From NCBI RefSeq assembly GCF_000143415.4, contig NW_003314325.1, positions 460,567-524,566 on the forward strand: a stretch of 64,000 bases of DNA, given 5' to 3'. Position numbers and translations under genes: made by a program. Of this stretch, positions 36,252 through 48,977 are shown piece by piece. The notes beneath the pieces are model-generated. The model was not told where the DNA came from. It was given only the letters and a program-made list of their open reading frames with translations, and ran no database searches. This DNA is from Selaginella moellendorffii. Its lineage: Eukaryota > Plantae > Lycopodiophyta. Position 1 is the first letter of the stretch. Every line of letters starts with the position of its first letter.

Positions 36252-36662
36252 CCCTCTGGGCAGGAACCCTAAAATCAAGACGACGAAAGTATATGCGGGG
36301 GATATCTACGAAAACCCTTTCCCCTTTCGTACATTGGCGGGTTTATGACCATGTGTAATGGACCGCCCGCCATAGCTGGACTTTAGATTAGGGTTTTGAC
36401 GTAGCAGCGATGGAGGGCGACGATAGGGCGGAGCGCTTGCGGGCGGCAGCAGCATTCCTGCTCGCTTGCGGGGATTGGACGCTAGCTGAGGAAGCAGGAG
36501 CTTGGATTTGCCAGGAATTCGGCATTTCGGGAGCGAAGGTTTTGCGGGAGGGCAAGGCCGGGCGACGAACAGAGCTGTGAATCGAGGTATATAGCCGCAT
36601 TTGCGTGAATTCTGGGAGGAAAGAGAGGGTTTCTGGTGCCGCGGCGGGGGGAAATCTCGAAA
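36252..36662. promoter_or_regulatory. Bidirectional promoter/5'UTR region between ATG101 and KEG
   Basis: Start codons diverge ~410 bp apart. Telo-box-like aaccctaa (~36265) and ttagggttt (~36388). Confidence 0.55.
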
Positions 36663-39600
36663 ATGAAGCTCCCGGTGTGCTCGGTGTGCCAATTCACGTA
36701 CAATGAGGAGGAGAGGGTGCCGCTGATGCTCCAATGCGGCCACTGCTTCTGCAAGGAATGCCTGGCACAGATGTTTGCGCGGTGCACGGATCACACCCTA
36801 CTGTGCCCGCGCTGCCGCCAGCCGACCAAGGTGGGTAACAGCGTCGAGGCCTTACACAAGAACTTTGGCATGCTATCGCTCATCCGGCGAGCTCCATCCG
36901 AGTGCCGGGCGGACGAGGACTCGGACGAAGAGGAGGATGAACAGGACGACGTGGACGAGTGGCTCGGTGGTGGCGGTGGGATTTATGGAAGCTCTCGCCT
37001 CGCAGCTAGCCCGAGGTGGTCGTCAGCGAGCTGTAGTGGGATCCCAGTGGACTTGGGATCTCACATCATGCGGCTGGTTAAGCCGCTTGGAACTGGTCCT
37101 CGAGCTGGTCAGGATGTTTGGTCTGGAACACTCTCGGGCCCCGGAGGATGCCGTCACAAAGTTGCCGTGAAGAGGATCGATGCGGCCGCCGGCATGGAGC
37201 TGGAATGGGTCCAGGCGAAGATCGAGAACTTGCGTCGCGCGGCGATGTGGTGCCATAATGTGTGTGCCGTGTATGGTGCGTGCAAGAAGGATGGCAAGCT
37301 TTGCATCGTCATGGACAGGTACCAGAACTCGGTGCAAAGTATGATGCAGCAGAACGAAGGTCGGCTCACGCTGGAACAAATTCTAAGGTATGATTGTTGC
37401 TTGTAGTCTTTGCTCACGCGTTAAAGGTCTCCTCTTTTTTTTTGTACTTCACAGGTATGGTGCTGATATTTCCCGTGGTGTTGCCGAGCTCCAAGCTGCG
37501 GGAATTGTGTGTCTCAACTTGAAGCCGTCGAACTTTCTGTTGGACGCTAAGGGGAGAGCTGTTGTGTCCGACTATGGAATCCCCGACGTTTTGAAGCGGC
37601 CGAACTGCAAGAAAGGTCGTGGCACTGGAAATGACGAGGAAACGCCGAGTGGTCATTTCTGCATGGAGTGTGCCATGCTGAATCCTTGCTACTTGGCTCC
37701 GGAAGCTTGGGAGCCGCTACGAAAGACAACAATCAACCTGTTTTGGGACGATGGGAATGGGGTATCGGCGGAGTCGGATGCCTGGAGCTTTGGGTGCTCT
37801 CTAGTGGAGATGTGTACAGGAGCCAAACCGTGAGTTCTGCTTTGTCGCTTTTTCGATTCGTAGTTGAAACCCTCTCTTATGTTTTTCAATCCAGATGGGC
37901 TGGTTCAAGTCAGGATGACATTTATAAAGCTGTTGTAAAGAGCAAACGCTTGCCTCCTCAGTACAACGTTGTTGGTAGTGGGATACCACGGGAACTTTGG
38001 AAGATGATTGGAGACTGCTTGCAGTTCAAAGGTTCAAAGCGACCGAATTTCCACGCCATGCTTGCTATGTTTCTTCGCCACCTTCGAGAAATGCCATCAA
38101 GTCCTCCTGCAAGCCCAGACAAGTAAGCTTGTATACGTTTTGTTGGAAGGCTAAAAAAATTTGAGGGGGTCTTTCAGTGATCTGGCCAAAAGTTCCGGGG
38201 GAACGGAGCCTTCACCTTCGTCGACTCTAGACTTTTCCGAGGTTAATCACACTTATCTTCATCAACTTGTTTCAGAAGGAAATGAAGATCGAGTGAGGTA
38301 GACACATTGGTCAAGTGATTTGAATATCAATTTTTCTGCATTATGTTTCAGGGAGCTCCTTGCGAAGGCCGCTACAGGGCGTTCAATCCGAGCTCTCCTG
38401 GAGAGCCATAACAGCGATGGACAAACCGTGCTGCATATTGCGGCCATGAGGGGGTATTCTTCTATCATTGAGCTCATATGTAGCTACGAAGAGGCAGATG
38501 TTGAGATTCTCGACAAGGATGGGGATACCCCTCTAGTTTGTGCCGTTGCCTCTGGAACACCGGAGGTCCTAAAGGCGCTTATTCGGAAAGGCGCAAACGT
38601 AAATGCACGTTTAAAAGACGGGCTCGGTCCATCAGTGGCACACGTCTGTGCTTTCTATGGCCAACCTGACTGCATGCGGGTATTCGTTTTTTCTCAAATA
38701 TTCTGGCACGGAACTAACGTCTATCAAATAGGAGCTTTTACTGGCTGGAGCGGATCCACTTGCAATTGGAGATGATGGTGACTCGGTTCTCTATCAAGCC
38801 GTGGCGAGGCGAAATACGGATTGCGCCGTTGTCATTTTGGAAAATGGTGGCTGCAGTTCAATGGCATATCGCAACGCGGAGAACTTTACGTATGTCATTT
38901 CTTAACAGCTTTTCTATCAGTTCTCTTTAACCAGCTGTCGTACTGCAGACCTTTGCATATGTGTGTTCTCACAGCAAACGTTGCTGTTGTAAGAAAATGG
39001 GTTGAAATTGCGTCGATTGAAGACATTGAGAATGCCATTGAGATTCCGAGCCCTTTAGGAACAGCCTTGTGCTTGGCATCATCTCTTAAAAAGGCTCACG
39101 AGGAAGGTATGCTATCAAAGGTGCATTTATAGTCACACGGAACTCTGTTTCATGTGCAGAAGCGAGAGAGCTAGTGAGATTGTTTTTATATGCTGGAGCA
39201 AACGGCGATGCAATGGATCCAGAGCAAGGCCAGACGGCCTTGCATGTTGCAGTTGCTGCTAACGACGTTGAAATGGTTAAGGTATTCAATATTGTGTAAG
39301 AGAGGAAGTTTGCTAATGTGATTTTTTCTAGACCATCCTTGATGCTGGCGTAAGTATTGACGTTTGTAATGCACAAGGCTCTACTCCGCTTCAAATAGCA
39401 CTAACAAAAGGATCAAAACAATGCGTACATCTGCTTCTTGATCGCGATGCCAGCTGCACTATACAGGTTGGTCTTTCTGGTTTCAGATTTGAATCTCACT
39501 ATCGGCTTTGCAGGATGAAAATGGGAATACTGCACTTCATATAGCTGCCGAAATGGCGAAAATGGTTCGGGAAAACCTTGATTGGATTGTAATTATGTTA

Positions 39601-42405
39601 AATAAAAGTGATGCGGCCACGGACATAAAAAATCACAGGTTAGTATTCTTTTCAGAGCTTTTAGTTTTTCTGTTTTTTTTTTCCAACTTTTTTTGTTTTT
39701 CTTTTTTGCAATACAGTGGAAAGACTTTACGGGATTTACTCGAAGCTTTGCCCCGTGAATGGATTTCGGAGGACTTGATGGATGCTCTAGACGAAAAGCA
39801 AATTCAGTTGTCACCAACAGTGTAAGTGCTGTATTTTGATGTCAATAATTTTCGTTACTAATATTCTTTTCGGCTGTAGCTTCGATGTGGGGGACTGGGT
39901 AAAATTTAGAAGGACGATAAGCTCGCCTCGCTATGGATGGGGTAGTACAAGGCCGTCGAGTGTTGGCTTTGTCCAGAACATAATTGATGGAACTACACTC
40001 CTTGTTTCTTTCTGTTCCGGGGAAGCTAAAGTGGCAGTAGACGAGGTTGTGAAACTCATTCCACTGGATCGTGGTCATTCAGTAAGACTCAAATCAACCG
40101 TGAAACAACCAAGGCAAGCTTTTCTCCTCTTCGTTTTTTCTTTCTTTTAACATTTCCTTTATGGCTTAGATTTGGTTGGCGTGGTCAGTCTCGAGAAAGC
40201 ATTGGAACAGTATTATGTGTTGATGACGATGGAATTCTTCGAATTGGCTTTCCCGGTGCATCACGAGGATGGAAAGCTGATCCTGCCGAGATGGAAAGGG
40301 TCGAAGAGTTTAAAGTTGGTGATTGGGTTCGCATTCGACTAACTCTTACGTCTGCAAAGTATGGTTTGGGGTCCGTAACTCCCGGTAGTATCGGAGTTGT
40401 ACACAGTATACGTCCTGATAACAGCTTGTTAATCGACTTCACTTACCTCACAAGTCCCTGGCATTGTGAGCCCGAGGAAGTGGAGCGAGTCGAACCTTTC
40501 AAGGTACAAAACATTTCATCTTTGTTTAAAGGCTCTCAACAGGTTTCTTTCAGGTTGGAGACCGCATCTGCGTGAAACGATCTGTGGCGGAGCCTAAGTT
40601 TGCATGGAATGGAGAATCGCACCACAGCATTGGAATGATCAGTGAAATCGCAAGCAATGGTCTCCTTCTTGTGGATCTTCCTTCACGGTCCACGAACTGG
40701 GAAGCTGATCCTTCTGATGTGGAGATAATTGAGGACTTCAAGGTATGTCTTTTATTAAAAATAGAAAACCTTACTTAGTTTCTACGTCTCAGGTTGGAGA
40801 CTGGGTTCGTATCAGAGCTTGCGTGTGTTCACCGAAGTTTGGCTGGGAGGATATAAACCGGGCAAGTGTTGGTGTTGTGTTCTACCTTCACCAGTGCGAC
40901 ATGGGTGTAGGCTTCGCTCACCGCAGTAAGGCTTACACTTGTGCCATCACCGACGTTGAGAAAGTCACACCATTTGAGGTGGGACAGGAGGTCCGCATAG
41001 CTCCAGGGATAAGCGAGCCCCGCTTAGACTGGTCTGGTGAAACATCTGCATCCAAAGGCAGAATATCACGAATCGACATGGACGGAACGCTAAATGTAAG
41101 AGTTTTAATTTTATTTATGTTGTATTAATTCTCGTGGGATTTCTGTACCAGGTGAAGGTGGCCAACAGAACTACGATGTGGCTTGTGGCTCCCGGAGATG
41201 CTGAAAGATTGTCAGGATACGAGGTAGGGGATTGGGTCCGGCTAAATCTTCCAACAGGATTGAAGCCCAGCTACGACTGGCACGGGTCTATAAGCGAAAG
41301 TGTTGCGGTGGTTCACAGTGTCTCCGATTCCGGGTATTTGGAACTATCAGGGTGCTTCAAGTCTGGCCGCTGGATGGCACACTATACGGAGGTGGAAAAG
41401 GTTCAGGTTCTTCGTGTTGGACAGCACGTAAGATTTCGACCAGGAATATCTGAACCACGGTGGGGGTGGCGAGGGTGCACAGCGAGCTCTAGAGGTGTCA
41501 TAATCGGGGTCCATGCCGACGGAGAACTGCGGATAGCATTTCCCGGACTTAAGACTCCCTGGCGTGGAGATCCTGCCGACCTTGAAAAGGAGGAGATTTT
41601 CGAAGTAGGCGACTGGGTGAAAGTGAAAGACGATCTCCAAGAGACCAAGTATGGTTGGAAAGGTGCTCGGCCAGGCAGCGTGGGAATAGTGCAGGGAATC
41701 GGCTATGAAAACGGAGGTGACTACGACGAGCGTGCACTGCTCGTGGGATTCTGCGGTGAACAGGAAAGATGGATCGGCCTACCGTCGGAAGTGGAAAGAG
41801 CCATGCCTCTGAAAGCCAGCCAGAGGATACGCGTGAAAGCCAGCGTCTCGCAGCCGCGGTTTGGATGGTCGGGACACGACCACTCCACGATCACGACGAT
41901 CACCACGGTGGACGCGGATGGAAAGCTGAGAGTTTACTCGCCGGCGTCGCAGCGGTCGTGGGTGCTGGATCCAACCGAGGTGGAACTTTACGAAGAGCAG
42001 CCGATATGCATCGGCGACTGGGTGAGAGTGAAACCGAGCGTTCCAACGCCGACTCACCAGTGGGGGGAGGTGACGCACAAGAGCATCGGCGTGGTTCACA
42101 AGATCACTGACGACGGGGACTTGCGAGTAGCGTTTTGCTTCCTGGAGAGGCTGTGGGTTTGCAAGCCAGGGGAGATGGAGCGCGTGGAAGCGTTTCGGAT
42201 GGGTGACCGGGTACAGATAAAGCACTCGGTGGTGACGCCGAGGTGGGGGTGGGGAAACGAGACGCTGGCGAGCAGAGGTGTGGTCTATGGAGTGGACGCT
42301 GATGGAAGGCTGCGAATCCAGTTTGCTCGTCGAGAGGGGAGGCTCTGGATTGGAGATCCCGCGGATGTTGAGCTCGAGCAAGGTGGTGCTACTACTACGA
42401 CTTAG
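36663..42405 (+). CDS. KEG: E3 ubiquitin ligase KEEP ON GOING (RING - kinase - ankyrin repeats - HERC2-like repeats), multi-exon
   Basis: RING CSVC...CGHCFCKEC...CPRC; kinase HKVAVK, CLNLKPSN, DYG, APE; ankyrins GQTVLHIAA, GDTPL, GNTALHIAA; many F.VGDWV.. P.(F/Y)GW HERC2-like repeats. Confidence 0.96.
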
Positions 42406-42622
42406 AGAAGTTCTTGGGTGTTCTTCCGAGGATTTGCTGGCTAGGCGGTGGATCGATTCCTCTGGTGGCGCTGCGATTCTTAACACCTGGGATGGTATAG
42501 AGCTGCTGCTATGACTTTGAGAAGTTCTTGAGTGTTCCTTCTTCCGCGGATTTGCTGGCTAGGCGGTGGATCGAGGGTCCTCTACTCCTCTGGTGGCGCT
42601 GCGATTCTTAACACCTGGGATT
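42400..42622 (+). repeat. ~110-bp tandem duplication in the KEG 3' UTR
   Basis: gactt(a/t)gagaagttcttg...gatttgctggctaggcggtggatcga...tcttaacacctgggat occurs twice. Confidence 0.85.
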
Positions 42623-43099
42623 CGAGCATGAGGTATAGAGTTCTTCTCTCTTTCTCGTTTTCTTTTTTCTTTTCTCTTCGCTTTCTTTTTTTTTCCTTTT
42701 CTTCTCTTTTTATCGTTCAAGGAGAAGAACCAGGTTGGAATCGCATTGCCACCAGGTTCATCGCCTATTCGATAAATCTCATTGATGTAAAAATTGGAGA
42801 GTTTAATAGAAATTTGAGGGTTATATGAGTATATTCCAGTGCCGTTTGTTCAATTAATTTTGAACTGTGTAATTAAGCTCATTAATGCACATCTGTAAAA
42901 GCCGCAAAGCATTGGACACTTGGAACATCCAAGTGGATTTTGCCGAAACAAAACAAAACTACATGGCCAAGATCTCAAATTTCGAAAAAAGAAAAACACT
43001 TAAGCGTACCAAAGTTTATCTCAGCGGCCATCCACATATATAAAGCTAGGAGAGCAAAGATTCTTCCCCAGACGTTGCCATCTGCTCGAATTTTAATGA

Positions 43100-43330
43100 A
43101 GCCAAGATGCCGGAGAAATCAGTCATACCACGCCCTGGGAGATTGCCCCAAACCATAGAGTGCTTTCTTGAGTCAAACAAATGTCTCTTTGCCTCAGTAG
43201 AAAAAAACCTTCTACAAAGACCTCCTCCTGGAGCTCCCCATAAAGACATGCTGTCTTCACATCGAGCTGGTGAGCTTTGAGATTCCAGCGAGCTGCAATC
43301 CAGAGAAGTCTAATGGACCACAAGTGAAAA
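43100..43330 (-). mobile_element. Copia RT fragment
   Basis: SIRLLWIAARWNLKAHQLDVKTACLYGELQEEVF and LKKALYGLGQSPRAWY; related to 16500-16560. Confidence 0.85.
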
Positions 43331-43717
43331 TGTTTCTGAAAAATCGACTCCCGCCACCTGGGATAATTCCATCACCAAAAAGGTAAGATGCGCGCAACAA
43401 GAAATCCCTCGTTTGGCTCACGGGACTAGAGAGCCAAGCTCTAGCCGGCACCGCCACCGCTGGTGGCCAAGGACAACAAGTGGCATCGCCCAGCCGATCG
43501 ATTCTCCCGCCTGCCAGGTAATCAATCGCCATGGAGTGGAAGCTCGGTCGCTCATGGAAACCTAATTATTTGTGCCACCCAGGCTGTGATCGCGCATCGG
43601 AGCTACATAAAGCTCTCCTCAAGGTCCTCTTTGCTTCGGCAGGTAAGGGATCCTCGATAAACAGGATGATTTAAAGCTCGTATCTTTTCAACACCAAGAA
43701 CGGGGTATAGCTACCGG

Positions 43718-44678
43718 ATGAAGGCTTACAGCAGCAGCAGCAGCAGCGGGCAGCACAAGAAGACTTACGGCGGCAGCAGCAACGGTCACTGCAGCAAGGC
43801 TTACGACGGCAGCAGTAGCAACGGGCAGCACAAGAAGGCCTACGGCGGCAGCAGAAACGGGCAGCACAATGTGTTCACAAAGGAAGAGCCCAAGGAGGTG
43901 GACATTTTTGCAATCGAGATGCCGAACGCATCCGAGCAAGGTAAGCAAGGTTATATGGTTTGATGTTTACTTGCTTTTGTTTGTAACAGGTACGAGATCA
44001 TAGGAACTCATCGTCCGGGTGAGAAGGAGGGATTACTCATCGACCAATGCAGAAGCTGTAAGCAGAGAGGCCACTGGGAAAGACACTGCAAGGGGGTAAG
44101 AAAGCTCACTTATTCTGAATTTTCCAGATTTGACTTTTTGTTTCTTTTTCTAGCCTGGAGTGGATCCTTTTGCTCATGAACAAAAGAACTGCTACCTCTG
44201 CCTAGCGAAGGGACACGACACTTATCACTGTTCAAGAGATCCCCTGCGAAATGAGGACTGGGCAGAGAGGACTTACACTGGACCAATGAAGAGACTTGAT
44301 CAACAGGTTTGTATCAGTTTCTATTCTCTGTTTCTTTGTATGTTTATTTGTGTACGTTTTCAGCTGGGTTATATCGTTCAGGTAGCAGACTTCCCGCAAT
44401 ACCATCCTCGTTTCTGCGTCCAACGGATTGAATACGAAAACCTCAAACGGATCTGCAAAAAACATCCAGACTTGGGAATCTTCATTGTGCCTCGGCCACC
44501 CCGCCCTCTTGCAGCCCTTATCTGGGAATATTTTCAGCGACTGGATGAAGTTTTATACGAAGCGGGCCTAGGCTTCGAGTTTTACAGATCCGATGAAGAA
44601 GTGCCTCCAGGGTATGACCGGTATGCAGCTGCAGAAGAAGCATGGACTGAAGAACTGAAAAATGAAGCGAAGCATTAA
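43718..44678 (+). CDS. Zinc-knuckle gene copy 5 (4 repeats, intact)
   Basis: Same 4 exons with CRSCKQRGHWERHC and CYLCLAKGHDTYHC. The upstream block 43485-43715 matches 20065-20335. Confidence 0.75.
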
Positions 44679-46073
44679 AAGGTGATGTGTTATAGAATAA
44701 GTACTATAGATAGTAAGCTACAAATTTATGAGATAATACTTTGAATCATGATGAAGCTAAGCTGGATTGAGCACATGGAAAAATATAAGTACCTAGTCAA
44801 TCAACACCTCCTGTGAAAACTGAAGTAGAGGAGCCCATCACATAGTGGCAAAAGCTTCTAATCAACGTACATAAGTGGGGCGTCAAACACACCTATTACA
44901 TGACAAAGGTAACAATAGTGGCTTTGTATAGAGCAAAAGTTAAGTCCAAGACTAATAAGCATTTCATTTCAACAGAATTTAGGGTGTACAAGGTTCCATA
45001 CCTGATCATGGTTCTGGAGACAGGTTTACTCCTAGTGGAGATTTTTGCTTGGAGACATTGTATCATGTATGTGCGAAGTGCATACTTTCTCCACAGGCAG
45101 AAACTTACAGATGCGGCAATTGCTGAATCACAACACATGGCCCAAAGTGCTTGGAAAAAGTTGGTGGCAGACTCTCTAGATATGGACAGCCACCCTTGCC
45201 TATGACTTCTCCACATTGATGACAGAACTATTCAAACAATTGGAGTTTTGGACCTGGCAATCTCCAATGTTGGTGTGATGCTTGGATGAATCCTTTTTAG
45301 AATTTACATGAACACCACTAACCAGAGGTGCCAATTCAGTTTCACAATCTATAACGACCTCACCCCCTTGCAATCAGAGAGTCCTGCCAAGATTGATAAT
45401 GGAATTTGGACATTGTTTGAAACCACTGCTGCCGCATAATATCTACCTCTACACCACATGTTATAAAGAAGTTTGAAGATGTGGAGCATGTGGTCAACAG
45501 GTAAACATTGGGCCAAGGACATTTGCAAATTTCTATGAGAAATGGAGATCAAACACCAATTTTACCAACTTGTCTATTGCTCCTCTTGATGTATCTTGGG
45601 TTGAAACCTCAGCACAATACTTGGCATTTCCAATGAGAAATCTTGTCACCCTTGTTTTGCTTCTGACTCAGCTGCAATGTGAAGTTGAGGGCGGGGATAG
45701 AAGGTGTGGTGGCAGAAGACCTGCTTAGCGAACGAATGGCTCATGAGATCATCAAAACATGATAAACTAATTATGAATTATTTTAAAACTGTATCAAACT
45801 TTAATAAGTGATCAGAATATTCATGGGAATAGATAATTAGTAAGCTCTGCTTTGCCCTAATTCTCTCTCTTTTGTTCTTCGAGAATGCAGCCCCCCAGAT
45901 TAGGTCTTAGCTAGTGGGATTCTCTCTCGATCGATCATGGTAGCTGGAGCCGGCTAGGGAATCCACCGTATCGCATGGTAGCTGATGTGAATCTGTGTAA
46001 GCGGCATCGAATTCCTTGCTTGTAGCTCCGATGGATGGGTTTTTGTGCGATTGTGGCAGCTCCTCCGGGGATT

Positions 46074-48911
46074 ATGGTGATGGAGAGGGAAATGGCGCAG
46101 TTCTCGCAGCTGCCGCGGCTGTGTGCGTCAATGCGGCTCTTGGAATTTCCAGAGCGGTATGTCTTTGAGCCGATGGACGGGCCTCATCGTCCTCTTTCGT
46201 TTGATCGCGTGACTGGAGAAGCGTCTTTTGTTGGTATGGTAGATTTTATTTTCTTTTGTCTTCGTCAATGAAAGTTTTTCTTTCTTTTTCTCTTTTCAGA
46301 AGTCATGCCCATTGATCAAGACGTGCCATCTTCTACAATTTATGGAATCCTTGGGATGATCAGACTACTGGCAGGCATGCTACTCTTTTCTAAAGTCTGG
46401 ACAGCCTTCTTTTTTTTTTTTTTTCGATTTGCGCGTGTTTCAGGAACTTATATCTTCGTGATTACCTCGAGGGATGAGGCTGGAACTTACCGCGGCGTGC
46501 CAATTTTTAGAGTGTCGTCAATGAGGATCCTGGAATGTAATGCACAGTTTGAAGGCCTAGGTGATGAAGAGGTTGTAACAGCTTCTACGCTCGTCCTGTC
46601 TTAAAGCTTACTGTGTTTCTTTCTCTGCAGAAGAAAGATGAGGTCCATTTTCTAGGCCTCTTGAAATCAGTGGAGGCATCTCAAGGACTGTATTTCTCCT
46701 TCGAGACGGACTTGACGCTTACGTAAGCATGAAGCTCGTTAATTGTGATGTCGTTGCTGAAGGCTCTAGTTTTTGGCAGCACGCAGCTATCGCCTGGAGT
46801 GCTAAAACCAGAATTGCAGTCGCTCTGGAAGATGGTACAATTTCTTAGTGCAGTTACTTGAAAAATCATGCTTGTTTTTTCGTTTCCCTCACAGGCAGAT
46901 CCCAGATTTTTGTGGAACAGGCACTTGCTAGAGGAGCTTATCGAAAGGAAGGTCAGTAGCAGATGGCGCGCTCAATTGAATTGACGTTCTACTCTCTGCA
47001 GCTGGAACCGTACATACTGCCGGTTATTCAAGGCAATATCCACACCCTGGGGATAGTTTTTCTAAAAAGCTTACGACTCCTTAACATGACACACGCTATC
47101 AGACAATGCAGATATTGATAGGAGACAAATTGGCAACTATTGCTTTGCTGTCGAGACGCTGCATCCGCAGAATTGGTAACACAGCTCTTTTGATTTTACT
47201 CCTGTTTCAATTTGTCGGTTTTGCACTGTAGGTACGAGGATGTGGCGAAGGGGAGCAAATCTTGAAGGCTATGCTGCTAACTTTGTTGAGACGGAACAAA
47301 TACTTGAGGTTGATGGTTATACTGCATCATATGTACAGGTATTCGTCGTGTTACACTGAAATCTTTGTGATTTTTAAACAGTAATTTGCAGGTTCGGGGC
47401 TCAATACCTGTAGTATGGGAGCAGATAGTGGACCTCACGTATAAACCAACGATCCGGCCTTTGTGTCTAGATGAAACGGTATGCTTTTAAGTCACTTGAT
47501 CATGAAATGAATTCACCTCCCGTGATCAGCCTAAAGTGGTGGAGCGTCACTTCCGTGACATATCAAAAAGATATGGTTCTGTTGTGGCGGTAGATTTGAT
47601 AGACCAGGTGAGGCTGCCGTATGTATGCAATATGTGTATTTACAGTGTGCAACTCTTTTTCAGCAAGGGAGTGAAGGGGTCTTGAGTTTAGCATATGCAA
47701 ATGCTATGCAAAGGCTCGTAACTGACAAGCTACGGTAAGGATGCAGTTTCTTTCATAAGTTTGTGGTTATCAATATTCATGTTCATGTGCAGCTATGTGC
47801 AGTTTGATTTTCATCGTATATGTGGTCACATACACTTTGAACGTCTATCCGTGCTTTATGAGGACGTGAAAAACAGTATTCTCGAACAGAGGTACACGCA
47901 AAAATGTTGCCGCTGTTGATGTTTGCTGCTTTTAACAGGTTCTTTTTGGCCAATGCCACTGGCGACGTCGTTCAAATACAGCTTGGTGTTATTAGAACTA
48001 ACTGCGTGGACTGCTTAGACCGGACAAATGTTACTCAGGTTCCGAACTTGACAAGGTAAAAGAAAAAGAAACTAATGTCTCGTTTGTGTTTTCTCTAGAG
48101 TTTGTTTGGAAGGAAAGCACTAGAGACTCAGCTTCGGCATCTCGGTGTTTTCAAGGCTTCAGATACAATACACAAGGATCCAAGTTTTGATGCGAAATTC
48201 AAAGCAAGTAAGTTCATTGCATTTTCAATGCGTACAAAAAGCCTTCACGAATGCGCGTAGTGTGGGCGAACCACGGGGACGAGATAAGCATACAATATTC
48301 AGGAACCCCGGCGTTGAAAGGGGATTTCGTAAGGCAAGTCTGAATTGGATATGCAATCTTCCGTCTGACTCTGTGATAGATACGGGAAGCGTACCGTTTT
48401 TGGCCTCATTCGCGACGGCTTTAATGCACTTGCTCGATATTTCTACAACAATTTTACAGACGGTGTCAAACAGGTAATGTGTGCCCCCACTGCAAAGAGA
48501 CCCCTGATGGTGACATGTTCTGACCCTGTCCAGGACGCCATGGATCTGGTAGCCGGTCATTACACTGCTGCACGAAACAAGCCATCACCTTTCAAGCTGA
48601 ATGGCCTCGAAGCTCTGGCTGTATGAAAGCTTTTTGCTGTTCAAGCTCTAACATGTCATTTTGGCAGTACCTTCCATTCGCTTCAGCTGTTATGCTCACA
48701 GGATTAACAATGACGACTGTATCATTGCGGCAAGGTATTAAGAAATCCTAGCGAGAGATTTGACTGTAAACTCTGTTTTGCAGTTGGCCAAGACATATAC
48801 CAGTTTTTTTACTCGGTAGTCTGGGCCGGTCTGACAGCGAGCACGATGGCTCTGGTCAAAGCAAACGGACGCCAATTTTGTAACAGACCTCGGCTTTGCG
48901 CGCTTCATTAA
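46074..48911 (+). CDS. SAC8: SAC-domain phosphoinositide phosphatase, SAC8-like, ~20 short exons
   Basis: [59 protein letters not shown], catalytic [15 protein letters not shown], two C-terminal hydrophobic helices and [14 protein letters not shown]. Confidence 0.93.
47036..47094 (+). other. U12-type AT-AC intron (59 nt) in the SAC8-like gene
   Basis: 5' ATATCC, branch site TCCTTAAC at 47078-47085, 3' AC. Splicing gives LPVIQG-S-YQTMQI...SRR in frame. Confidence 0.9.
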
Positions 48912-48977
48912 GAGCTCAGGTACTTCGAAGTCGCACAGGCAGGTGGTAGTAGACTTCTACTCACATCACGTCTTTAA

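Noticed and set aside
37500-37580. KEG kinase lacking the HRD motif as a novel pseudokinase
   Set aside because: A C-x-N-[IL]-K-P-S-N catalytic loop is the known state of KEG orthologues.
44760-45700. Possible retroelement gag/protease scraps
   Set aside because: Only vague resemblance; too degraded to assign.
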